Source: Thermodesulfobacteriota bacterium (GTDB taxonomy: Bacteria; Desulfobacterota; Binatia; Bin18). From it: a stretch of DNA of 64,000 bases. Shown piece by piece: positions 11,197-20,299 of this stretch (within the stretch, counting starts at the first letter, position 1; the number at the start of each line of letters is the position of its first letter). The stretch covers positions 1,728,001-1,792,000 of the forward strand of contig OZ219926.1 of assembly GCA_964291405.2 (NCBI GenBank), given 5' to 3'. Made by a program: the position numbers and the translations under genes. The notes under the pieces were generated by a model, which worked only from the letters and a program-made list of their open reading frames with translations, ran no database searches and was not told the origin of the DNA.

Positions 11197-12597
11197 ATGG
11201 AGAAAATTCTTATTGTCGATGATGAACGGAACGTTCACTATTCTTTTCGGCGCGTCCTGGGTCGTGAATACGAACTGCTGTCGGCATTCTCCGGCAACGA
11301 AGCACTGGGAAAAATAGACGATCCGGCCCTACGCCTCATCCTCATGGATGTCCGCATGCCCAACCGCGACGGACTCTCTACCCTCGAAGAGATCAAGCGC
11401 CGCCGGCCGGCCTTGCCCGTCATCATGATGACGGCTTTTGTTTCAGCCGAAACGGCCATCCGGTCCACCACGCTGGACGCGGACGACTATCTGGTCAAAC
11501 CGTTTGATGTCGAAACCCTCAAACAATTAATCATCCGCACCCTCCAAAAACACCCCTCCGCAGAGGAGCCCGCCTCTCCCCCGGACGAAGCGCGGCCAGA
11601 ACCTCTTTCGCCCGAGGCCGTACCCATGTTGGGAAACAGCCAAGCCATGCAGGAAGTGTATAAAATTATCGGAAAAAGCGCGGCGCGTGATATTACGATT
11701 TTGATTACCGGCGAGAGCGGGACGGGCAAAGAGCTGGTTGCCCACGCCCTGCATACCTACTCGCAACGCAGCAACGGGCCATTCCTGGCCATTAATTGTG
11801 CGGCCATCCCAGACTCCCTGCTGGAAAGCGAACTCTTTGGCCATGAGCGCGGCGCCTTTTCCGGGGCAGTCGAGTCACGCCCCGGAAAATTTGAGCTTGC
11901 TCACGGCGGCACCCTCTTCCTGGACGAAATCGGGGACATGCCCCCTCTCCTCCAGGCCAAACTCCTCCGCGTGTTGCAAGAACGCGAGATCTACCGGCTG
12001 GGAGGGCGGCGTTCACGGCAGATCAATGTGCGCATTATTGCGGCGACCAACCAAGCCCTCGAAACGCTGCTTCAAGATGGACGGTTTCGTGAAGATTTAT
12101 ACTATCGCCTCAATGTCGTGCGGATTAATCTACCGCCGCTACGGGAGCGCGGTGAAGACATCCTCCTCATAGCCAAGCACCTCCTGCAACTCCACACCCA
12201 GGATAATAAAAACGGCCCGCAAGAGTTTTCTCCAGCCGCGTGTGAGAAACTCCTCGCCTACTCCTGGCCTGGGAATGTCCGTGAGCTTGAGAACATTATT
12301 GCACAGACGGTGTTATACTCACGTGGCCCGGTCATCACCGAAGAAGACCTCACCCTGCCCGCCAGTAGCGCTCCGGCGGCCTCCGTCTCCCCACCACCCA
12401 ACGTCGAAGCCGCCCTGAACGCAACCCTGGAAGAGCTGTTTGCCCAGCACGCAGGCAATGTCCTTGCGCGTTCCGAGCAGCTTGTTGTGGGCAAAGCACT
12501 TGAACTCTCTCGCTATAATCAGGTCCAGGCCGCCCGGCTGTTGGGCGTGAGTCGCAATGTCCTGCGGGAGCGGATGAAGCGCTATAATTTACTGTAA
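11197..12597 (+). CDS. sigma54-dependent response regulator (REC-AAA+-HTH, NtrC family)
   Basis: ILIVDDE receiver, GESGTGKEL, ELFGHERGAFSGA, LFLDEIG, WPGNVREL and Fis-type HTH. Confidence 0.94.
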   Translation: MEKILIVDDERNVHYSFRRVLGREYELLSAFSGNEALGKIDDPALRLILMDVRMPNRDGLSTLEEIKRRRPALPVIMMTAFVSAETAIRSTTLDADDYLVKPFDVETLKQLIIRTLQKHPSAEEPASPPDEARPEPLSPEAVPMLGNSQAMQEVYKIIGKSAARDITILITGESGTGKELVAHALHTYSQRSNGPFLAINCAAIPDSLLESELFGHERGAFSGAVESRPGKFELAHGGTLFLDEIGDMPPLLQAKLLRVLQEREIYRLGGRRSRQINVRIIAATNQALETLLQDGRFREDLYYRLNVVRINLPPLRERGEDILLIAKHLLQLHTQDNKNGPQEFSPAACEKLLAYSWPGNVRELENIIAQTVLYSRGPVITEEDLTLPASSAPAASVSPPPNVEAALNATLEELFAQHAGNVLARSEQLVVGKALELSRYNQVQAARLLGVSRNVLRERMKRYNLL

Positions 12598-12639
12598 AAT
12601 GGTGCAGTAGCGCCCAGGCGTTGTCGAGTCCGTCACAGA

Positions 12640-14385
12640 CTAGGCCTGCCGCTGCGGCACAACCTGAGCGTCCTCCGACTGTAACACGTCGTACAGGCGC
12701 AGCCACAGCTCTGCTGCATCCTCGGCCCGCACCAGGCTCTGCCGCACCTCTTCCGCGCTCATAGTCCGGGCTATGGCCGCGAGAATCTGCAACTGCGCCC
12801 CCTCGTCCTGAACGGGCGTGAGCAGCAGAAAGACTAACTGCACGGGCAACCCATCCGGGGCGTCCCAATCGACCCCGGCCGGTGAACGTCCGCAGGTAAG
12901 TACGGGTTTTGAGAGCGCTGCCAGACGGGCATGCGGGATGGCAATCCCACTGCCGACGCCCGTCCCCATCAGCTCTTCCCGAGCAAGCACTTCGGCAAAC
13001 ACACTCTCATGGTCCAAGGTGGGGTTGTGTTCCGCTATTTCCTGGCAGAGTTCCTGGATGACCGCCCGGCGCGTCAGACCCGTCAGGTTCGGAATCAGGG
13101 CTCGGCGCACGAACAACTCGGTGATATGCATGGCCGGCCGGCGTCGAATGGACCACATGAGCCAGGGGCCGACAATCAGAGAGGAGATAATCGCCGAGAG
13201 GACAATAGACACGAAAACCGGAATGGTGATGATCTGGTACTCCACCGCCACGGCGGCAACCACAATGCCGGTCACGCCACTAGGAGTAAAAGCAATACCG
13301 ATGGAAACCCGGTCCACAGCAGACAGCCCGGCCTGTTGCGCTCCCAGCCACGCACCAAAATACTTCCCGGCGATTGAGACGACGGTCACAAAAAGGACGA
13401 GAAAAACATCAAACTGCGCAAAGAAGTCTATTTGGATGGCGATCGTCGCAAAGTAGAGCGGCACGAAAATCGCGTGGACCATCTGGGTGAGGATCTGCCG
13501 CACCCGTTCGGAAAGCGCCCCGGCGTCTCCAGCCATGATGCCCGCCAGAAAAAATCCGAGCAGGCCGGTCAGCCCGACCCACTGGGTGACAACCCCGCAC
13601 AGCAGCCCCAGGCAGCACACAAAGGTCAGGACCACGCCAGGCTGGTGCGGCAGGCGGGTGACCAAGCCGGTCAGCGCTCGGTCAACCAGGCGCAGCCCTA
13701 GCGAGAGACAAAAGGCGGTAAAGCCGACCGCGGTCGCCAGCAGCAGCAGGACCGAACCAACACTCAGCGTAGCCGCCGCGGCGGTCGCAAAGACGAGGCT
13801 GAGAATCACCCAGGCCAAAATATCGTTCACCGCATAGCCGCACAGGGTTAAGAGCCCCAGATCACTCTTGACCAAATCCAGGTCGTGCAACACGCGGGCG
13901 ATAATGACCATGGCACTGATAGCCATGGTGGTGCCTAAAAACAGGGCGAAGGTCAGCCGTTGGTCGGGGGTGGCGAGATAGGCGTCGGGCAGCAACAGCG
14001 ATAAGAGAGACCCAACGGCCAGGGGAACGATAACGCCAATAATACCAATACGGAGGGCCGGGCCGCGCTGCTGCCAGGCCGCAGACACATCGATTTCAAG
14101 GCCCGTCTCAAGCAGGAGCAGGAGTACACCAAACCAGGAAACGGTTTCCAGCATGGTGTATTGAATCGGGTCTGGCGGGAACAAGGTCTGGTACAGTTCG
14201 GGAGAGAGGCGGCCGAGCAGTGTTGGGCCAAGGAGCAGACCGACCAGGATTTCTCCGACAACGGGCGGATGGCCCCAATGACGCAAGACCTCGCCAAACC
14301 CGCGGGCCATCACCAGCAGCAGCAGGATCTGAAGCAGAAAAACCAGAAAATGGTGTTCACTCAGATAATGTCCATGCGGCAGCAT
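12640..14385 (-). CDS. Cation:proton antiporter (CPA2) fused to a C-terminal PTS EIIA domain
   Basis: Multi-TM region (PPVVGEILVGLLLGP, GLEID, AVNDILAW) plus AREELMGTGVGSGIAIPHAR EIIA motif. Start is uncertain (14385 vs 14445). Confidence 0.88.
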   Translation of the reverse strand: MLPHGHYLSEHHFLVFLLQILLLLVMARGFGEVLRHWGHPPVVGEILVGLLLGPTLLGRLSPELYQTLFPPDPIQYTMLETVSWFGVLLLLLETGLEIDVSAAWQQRGPALRIGIIGVIVPLAVGSLLSLLLPDAYLATPDQRLTFALFLGTTMAISAMVIIARVLHDLDLVKSDLGLLTLCGYAVNDILAWVILSLVFATAAAATLSVGSVLLLLATAVGFTAFCLSLGLRLVDRALTGLVTRLPHQPGVVLTFVCCLGLLCGVVTQWVGLTGLLGFFLAGIMAGDAGALSERVRQILTQMVHAIFVPLYFATIAIQIDFFAQFDVFLVLFVTVVSIAGKYFGAWLGAQQAGLSAVDRVSIGIAFTPSGVTGIVVAAVAVEYQIITIPVFVSIVLSAIISSLIVGPWLMWSIRRRPAMHITELFVRRALIPNLTGLTRRAVIQELCQEIAEHNPTLDHESVFAEVLAREELMGTGVGSGIAIPHARLAALSKPVLTCGRSPAGVDWDAPDGLPVQLVFLLLTPVQDEGAQLQILAAIARTMSAEEVRQSLVRAEDAAELWLRLYDVLQSEDAQVVPQRQA

Positions 14386-14535
14386 ATGCGTATGACCAGT
14401 AGAGGATTCGCGTCTGCGTATGCCTTCTTTATCCGGTGAGACCACACAAAGTCAAAAGCGTATCCAGATACCCGTCAAACCTTGGGAAAAACGCAACCGT
14501 CGAACGCGACTGTAGCAGGAGGAGCACTGACCTGT

Positions 14536-14581
14536 TGTCTCAGCAGCAGGCAGCACCCCACGCGTGCTGCAAAGATGGGCA
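14536..14581. promoter_or_regulatory. Pair of NtrC-type enhancer-like sites
   Basis: TGTCT-N7-AGGCA (14536-14552) and TGCTG-N7-GGGCA (14565-14581); AGCAC-N7-GTGCT overlaps them at 14552-14568. Confidence 0.5.
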
Positions 14582-14629
14582 CGGTATACCGATCGTACTG
14601 AAAAATAAGGCCTTTCTTTGTCTTTCGGT

Positions 14630-14646
14630 TTGGCATACTTCCTGCA
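14630..14646 (+). promoter_or_regulatory. sigma54 promoter (upstream of candidate sRNA)
   Basis: TTGGCATACTTCCTGCA, GG-N10-GC. Confidence 0.75.
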
Positions 14647-14656
14647 TCTATTCTCT

Positions 14657-14777
14657 AGCTGTGAGTCAGAGCTCTTCATAGAGCTTGCTGAAGAGAGCTG
14701 CCCTTCCTTCCGCTCTCTTCTAGTCTGCCCTGGGGGCGGTCGTCCCTCCGGCCGCCCCTGCCCCCCCTCTCTTTTTC
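14657..14777 (+). ncRNA. Candidate sigma54-dependent sRNA with CU-rich loops
   Basis: Starts about 12 nt after the -12 element. Stems 14690-14698/14712-14720 (loop UGCCCUUCCUUCC) and 14733-14742/14749-14758 (loop UCCCUC), then a C/U tract ending in UUUUU. Confidence 0.5.
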
Positions 14778-14842
14778 AACCTGACCATTCCCTTTGCTAC
14801 TTACTTTTTTTCCCGCTTCTCTGTATCCTAGCTTCCTTGTGT

Positions 14843-14859
14843 TTGGCTCTAGCATTGCT
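14843..14859 (+). promoter_or_regulatory. sigma54 promoter of the alginate-export-type porin operon
   Basis: TTGGCTCTAGCATTGCT, GG-N10-GC, about 50 bp before the start codon. Confidence 0.75.
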
Positions 14860-14910
14860 TAGCCTGTTCTATAGAAACGCTAGGCAAAGCGTATGGACGA
14901 GGAGGAGAGA

Positions 14911-16437
14911 ATGATCCAAGGCCGCAGCATTTCCACAGGATGCGCCAGGACGACCTATCAGCAGCTCGCTGCTTTCATCCAACAAGGAAGTCTCCTGCTG
15001 CTCGCCCTGTGCCTCCTGACTGTATGTCCGACCCCGCTTCGGGCGGAAGTCCCGGTCAGCCAGATTTCTCCGAAGCTGTCGGTTTTTGCGAGCCTACGCA
15101 CGCGGGGCGAATTCTGGGACTGGTTTGAGGGCACCTCGGGCGATTCGTCGTATGCCTATGCAGCCACCGTAGCCAAGCTGGGTCTAAAATGGCAGCAGGA
15201 CCTGTTCGACCTGCATCTTGAAGCGCAGAACACGGCCCTGATGGGCCTGCCCGATGACGCCAGCGCGCCTGCCCCGCAGGGGTCTTTTGGCCTTGGTCCC
15301 GTCTATCTGTCCCATAATCGCCGTCAGAACGACGCCAGCGTATTTCTCAAACAGGCTCACCTGACCCTGAAACAGCTCGGTATCCCCGGCCTTCGTTTGA
15401 GGGGCGGACGGCACTCGATCGCCGGCGGCGCGGAGGTGATGAGCAAGGATCCGACTATCGACTGGATCAAACGGATGCGGGTCTCCCAGCGTCTGCTCGG
15501 CCCTTTCGGCTGGTCCCATGTCGGACGTTCGTATGACGGCTTTACCCTGAGCTGGACCAGGGGCGCCTATAATTTTACGCTGCACGGCTCTCATCCGACC
15601 CAGGCCGGTTTTGACCTGGCCGGCAACAAGACCATTGACGATATCGACATCCTGTACGCCGGTTTCAACCTGACCCGACCCGAGTTCGCCAAGCTGACCG
15701 ACGCGCGGCTGTTTTATATCTACTACGCCGACGGGCGGAACCTGCGGCCTACCGATAACCGCCCGGCCGCAGAACGCAGCCGCCGACACCTGGCCATCAA
15801 CATGGGTGGCGGCAACCTGATTCAGGTCGTGCCGACCGGGGCCGGTCCGATTGACCTGATGGGCTGGGGTGTGGTGCAAGGCGGTGACTGGGGCCGGCAA
15901 GATCATCACGGCTGGGCATTTGCCGTCGAGGCCGGCTGGCAACCCAAGGGATTACCGTGGAACCCCTGGTTCCGGATTGGTTATAACCGGAGTTCGGGCG
16001 ACGACGACCCCAACGACGGCGACCACGACACCTTTTTTCAGATGCTGCCGACCGCCCGGGTCTATTCGTTTTCCACCTTCTACAACCTGATGAATAACGA
16101 AGACATCTTCTTCCAACTCATCCTGCGTCCGCTCGAAGGGTTGGTCTGGCGCACGGACTTTCACTATATCCGCGTCAGCGAGAAGAATGACCTGTGGTAC
16201 CAGGGCGCAGGTGCCACCCTTGAAGACCGTCAGGCCGGTTTCGGCTTTGTCGGCCGCCCGACCTTTGGCAAGCGCGACCTGTTTCAGATTATCGAAACGA
16301 GTCTCAGCTACAACCTGAACAAACACATCAACGTCAACGTCTTTTTTGCCCACGTCTTTGGCGACAGCATCGTGGATCAAATCTATCCCGACGATAGCGC
16401 CAATTTCGGCTATATCGAAACGACACTCAAGTTTTAG
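14911..16437 (+). CDS. Alginate-export-family outer-membrane protein
   Basis: Hydrophobic signal region, R.R.E start of the barrel, WSHVGRSYDG, SGDDDPNDGDHDTFFQMLPT and C-terminal Phe; GAGGAGGAG RBS. Confidence 0.75.
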   Translation: MIQGRSISTGCARTTYQQLAAFIQQGSLLLLALCLLTVCPTPLRAEVPVSQISPKLSVFASLRTRGEFWDWFEGTSGDSSYAYAATVAKLGLKWQQDLFDLHLEAQNTALMGLPDDASAPAPQGSFGLGPVYLSHNRRQNDASVFLKQAHLTLKQLGIPGLRLRGGRHSIAGGAEVMSKDPTIDWIKRMRVSQRLLGPFGWSHVGRSYDGFTLSWTRGAYNFTLHGSHPTQAGFDLAGNKTIDDIDILYAGFNLTRPEFAKLTDARLFYIYYADGRNLRPTDNRPAAERSRRHLAINMGGGNLIQVVPTGAGPIDLMGWGVVQGGDWGRQDHHGWAFAVEAGWQPKGLPWNPWFRIGYNRSSGDDDPNDGDHDTFFQMLPTARVYSFSTFYNLMNNEDIFFQLILRPLEGLVWRTDFHYIRVSEKNDLWYQGAGATLEDRQAGFGFVGRPTFGKRDLFQIIETSLSYNLNKHINVNVFFAHVFGDSIVDQIYPDDSANFGYIETTLKF

Positions 16438-16531
16438 TCTTTTCACGTATCCCCATCAGCATCGAGTTCCCGGCAGATCAGGTCGCCTGTTGCTCTGCCT
16501 GCGGAGGGACCCACGACACGATGAGGTCAGT

Positions 16532-17635
16532 ATGCGTATCCGACGAATTGGCGTGTTAACCGGAGGAGGCGATGCCCCAGGCTTGAACCCCGCCCTCAAG
16601 GCGATTGTGTATCGTGCGACAGCCCATGACGTGGAGGTGATGGGCCTGCCCGATGGCTGGCACGGTTTACTCGACGCCGGAATCGACGAGGCCGTCCGGC
16701 TGGAGGATTACCAGGTCCGGCGCTGGGACCGTGATGGGGGCACTAATCTGGGTTCGTCTCGCACCAACCCGTTTCGCGTGTCCATGCCGGGCGAGGCGAG
16801 TTCGCACGATCGGTCGGACGAAGTCATGACCAATATCGTCCGGCTTGGTCTTGATGCCGTGATCGCTCTGGGCGGAGAAGACACCTTGGGCGTGGCGCAC
16901 CGACTGAGTGAAAAGGGCTGCCCGGTGGTGGGCATTCCGAAAACGATTGACAAAGACCTCAGCCACACCGACTACACCCTGGGGTTTGATACCGCGCTAC
17001 GCAACTGCACCACTGTCATCGAGCAGGCGCGCACTCCGGCCGGCTCGCACCACTGGGTGCAGGTGGTCGAGGTTATGGGCCGACATGCCGGTCATCTGGC
17101 CCTGTGGAGCGCGGTCGCCGGAGGCGCGACCCTGGTCCTTATCCCCGAGCATCCCTTTGCCTACGAGCGGGTCTATGCATTGCTGGCCCAACGGCTCGCA
17201 CGGGGTAAGCAGGACCGGCGCTACCCCCGCTATGCGGTAATTGTGGCGGCCGAAGGCGCACACGCCAGCGAGGAAGAAGTGGTGACCCTGGACGCCAGCC
17301 GGGATGCGTTCGGGCATGAGCGCCTGGGCGGTATCGGGAGTCAACTCGCCCAGCGCATTCGCCACGACACACCTTTTGATTCACGCGAGCTGGTGATCGG
17401 CCATAGCCAGCGCGGCGGCAGTCCGTCTGCGCTGGACCGGATTATGGGACGAGTGTTTGGCTCCGCCGCGGTCGAAGCCGTGCTGCGCGGCGACTGGGGA
17501 CAGATGGTCAGTGCCCAGGGCCTTGGCCCGACCTGCCAACTCCGCATGGTCCCCCTCAGTCAAGCCGTCAGTGGGCTCAATACCGTAGACCTGGAGCGTT
17601 TGTACGATACCGACCGCTATACCGCAAAAGTATAG
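16532..17635 (+). CDS. 6-phosphofructokinase (PfkA family), PPi-type signature
   Basis: GVLTGGGDAPGLN, GGEDT, PKTIDKD, EVMGRHAG and GHSQRGG. Confidence 0.9.
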   Translation: MRIRRIGVLTGGGDAPGLNPALKAIVYRATAHDVEVMGLPDGWHGLLDAGIDEAVRLEDYQVRRWDRDGGTNLGSSRTNPFRVSMPGEASSHDRSDEVMTNIVRLGLDAVIALGGEDTLGVAHRLSEKGCPVVGIPKTIDKDLSHTDYTLGFDTALRNCTTVIEQARTPAGSHHWVQVVEVMGRHAGHLALWSAVAGGATLVLIPEHPFAYERVYALLAQRLARGKQDRRYPRYAVIVAAEGAHASEEEVVTLDASRDAFGHERLGGIGSQLAQRIRHDTPFDSRELVIGHSQRGGSPSALDRIMGRVFGSAAVEAVLRGDWGQMVSAQGLGPTCQLRMVPLSQAVSGLNTVDLERLYDTDRYTAKV

Positions 17636-17755
17636 TGACCTTCCAGGTTGCCAGGCCGCAAAGAGTGAACGTGTCCTCCCATAGACAAGAGATGCTGGAC
17701 ACGTTTACTCTTTGTCCACATACGATAATGGGCAATCGGATGAGGAGGACGGGCT

Positions 17756-20299
17756 ATGCCTGAGTCTACCTATGCGGAGGCCAGTGTTCAGGACGATACA
17801 CTTGCACACTATCGCTTGTCGTCAGCGCGCTTCGATGAAATGTGTTCAGCCCCAGGCACGGCACGTCCCCACTGGCAATACGCCCTGCGCGCTTTCGACG
17901 CGCTTGGCCCAGCGGAGCTGAGTCGCCGTCGGGACGAAGTCCAACAGGTCTTGCGCGAAAATGGCGTGACCTACAACGTCTATACGGACCCCCAGGGACA
18001 CACGCGACCCTGGGCGCTCGACGTCGTTCCCGCACTCCTCACCAGCCAGGAGTGGCGGACTATTGAACAGGGTCTTATCCAGCGGGCAGAGTTGCTCAAT
18101 CTCATAGGGGCAGACCTGTACGGTCCTCAACAACTCATTCACGACGGTCTGCTCCCGCCCGAGTTGATCTATGCCCATCCCGGCTTTCTACGCCCCTGTC
18201 ACGGTGCGCTGCCCACGCCGGTCCCGTATCTGTGTCTGTATGCCGCTGACCTCGCCAGGGCTCCCGATGGTACCATCAGAGTATTGGATGACCGGACGCA
18301 GGCACCGTCCGGGGCCGGCTACGCCCTGGAAAACCGCTTGGTGTTGTCGCGGATTCTACCCAGCCTGTATCGAGACGCCCAGGTCCATCGCTTATCCCTT
18401 TTTTTCCGAACCCTGCGTTCGACCTTGGCCGCCCTGACACCGTCCCACCAGACGCGGACAGTACTCTTAACTCCAGGGCCGCAGAACGAAACATATTTTG
18501 AACACGCCTATCTGGCCAGCTATCTGGACTATACGCTCGCCCAGGGGGATGACTTAACGGTACGCGACGGCCACCTCTGGTTGAAGACGGTAGGCGGGCT
18601 CCAACAGGTCGGCGTGGTCGTCCGGCGCGTAGACGACACTTTTTGCGATCCCTTAGAGCTACATCGAGAATCGTTGTTAGCCCCCCCCGGGCTACTCCAG
18701 ACGGTGCGGAATAACACTGTCGTGGTGGCTAACCCACTGGGCAGCGGCGTACTCGAAAACCCCGGGCTGATGGCCTACCTGCCTCAGATCGCCAAAGTGT
18801 TGCTCGGCCAGGATCTACGCTTGGCCTCAGTCCCGACCTGGTGGTGTGGTGACGAACAGGCCCGGGCCTATGTCGTGGATCATGTCAAAGATCTGGTCAT
18901 CAAGCCTGTCTTTCCTCACCCCGGTACGGCCACCGTCTATGGAGCTCAGTTGAGCACCCAGGAGCGCGATACCCTTATTCAGAATATCAAGGCCCGCCCC
19001 CATCTCTTTGTCGGCCAGGAACAGGTGGCGTTGTCAACGACGCCGGTGTTTACCGGAGACCACCTGGAGCCACGGCCCATGGTGTTACGCAGTTTCCTGG
19101 TCTCCCGGGACGATGGCTATGTGGCCATGCCGGGCGGGTTAACGCGGGTGACACCGGATGCGGACGGGTGGCTCGTCTCCGGTCAGGCTGGTGGTCTGAG
19201 TAAGGATACCTGGATTCTCGCCTCAGAGCCCGAGAGTCAGTTCAGCCTCATCCCGGCACCCGAGCACTCCGTATCGATTACGCGCAGCGGGGGAGAAGTG
19301 CCCAGCCGGATGGCGGATAATCTGTTCTGGCTCGGACGCTACGTCGAACGCACCGCTGGGGGAGCGCGCGTCTTTCGCGAAGTTCTCCAGCGGGTACTCG
19401 ACACCGAGACCGCTCGGTATGATACCTCCCTGTCGGCCTTTCTTTCGGCCCACACCCATAGCACCGCGACCTATCTGCGTTTTATCGGGTACGGGGAGCG
19501 ACGGCGGCTGACCGTTGCCGAGAAGGAACTGTTCAACACGATTCTAGACGCCAATCGACCGGGCAGCCTGCGTTTTCATCTGAACGCCCTAGTCCACGCC
19601 GGACAGGCTGCGCGCGGCCGGCTGTCTGACGATGCCTGGCGGGCAATCAACCGGCTCGATCATGAGTTGGCCCAGGTCAGGTCCTTGAGCGAGATGCTCG
19701 AAAGCCTGGAACGCCTGATTATTGGGCTCGCCGCGGTGAATGGTCTGAATACCGAAAGTATGGCCCGCGGACACGGATTCCGATTTATGGAAATTGGCCG
19801 CCGGCTTGAACGGGCGCTGTATACGCTCAGCCTCCTGCGGACGGGCTGCGAGCTGCCGTCCGAGACGGAAAAAGTCGTCTGGGAGATGGTACTGGCCATG
19901 ACCGACAGCCTGATGACGTATCGGCGGCGCTACGCCTCAGCCGTACAAGCCGGGGCTGTGTTGGACCTGCTGCTGCTCGACGAGAGCAACCCGCGTTCAG
20001 TCGGCTATCAGCTTGTTCAAATACGGGACCAAGTGGTGGGCCTGCCACGCAAGAAGCCCCTGCCCCACCGGAGCGCCGAAGAACGTATCGTTTTGGAGGC
20101 GCTCACAACCTTACAGGTGACAGACCTGGAGCGCTACTCGACATCCACCTGGGACGAAGACCTGTATGAGACGCTGAGCCAACTGTTTGCCGGTATGAGC
20201 ACGCGCCTGCTCTCGCTGTCGGAGACCTTGAGTCGCGACTATTTCAGCCATATTGAAGTGCAGCAACAGCTCACCGCAACGCGTTCGACTTCGAGATGA
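17756..20299 (+). CDS. Circularly permuted type-2 ATP-grasp protein fused to an alpha-E (DUF403) domain
   Basis: DRTQAPSGAGYALENR, TYFEHAYLA, RRVDD.FCDPLEL, MPGGLTRV and GGLSKDTW, followed by alpha-E motifs ADNLFWLGRYVER and GRRLERA. Confidence 0.92.
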   Translation: MPESTYAEASVQDDTLAHYRLSSARFDEMCSAPGTARPHWQYALRAFDALGPAELSRRRDEVQQVLRENGVTYNVYTDPQGHTRPWALDVVPALLTSQEWRTIEQGLIQRAELLNLIGADLYGPQQLIHDGLLPPELIYAHPGFLRPCHGALPTPVPYLCLYAADLARAPDGTIRVLDDRTQAPSGAGYALENRLVLSRILPSLYRDAQVHRLSLFFRTLRSTLAALTPSHQTRTVLLTPGPQNETYFEHAYLASYLDYTLAQGDDLTVRDGHLWLKTVGGLQQVGVVVRRVDDTFCDPLELHRESLLAPPGLLQTVRNNTVVVANPLGSGVLENPGLMAYLPQIAKVLLGQDLRLASVPTWWCGDEQARAYVVDHVKDLVIKPVFPHPGTATVYGAQLSTQERDTLIQNIKARPHLFVGQEQVALSTTPVFTGDHLEPRPMVLRSFLVSRDDGYVAMPGGLTRVTPDADGWLVSGQAGGLSKDTWILASEPESQFSLIPAPEHSVSITRSGGEVPSRMADNLFWLGRYVERTAGGARVFREVLQRVLDTETARYDTSLSAFLSAHTHSTATYLRFIGYGERRRLTVAEKELFNTILDANRPGSLRFHLNALVHAGQAARGRLSDDAWRAINRLDHELAQVRSLSEMLESLERLIIGLAAVNGLNTESMARGHGFRFMEIGRRLERALYTLSLLRTGCELPSETEKVVWEMVLAMTDSLMTYRRRYASAVQAGAVLDLLLLDESNPRSVGYQLVQIRDQVVGLPRKKPLPHRSAEERIVLEALTTLQVTDLERYSTSTWDEDLYETLSQLFAGMSTRLLSLSETLSRDYFSHIEVQQQLTATRSTSR

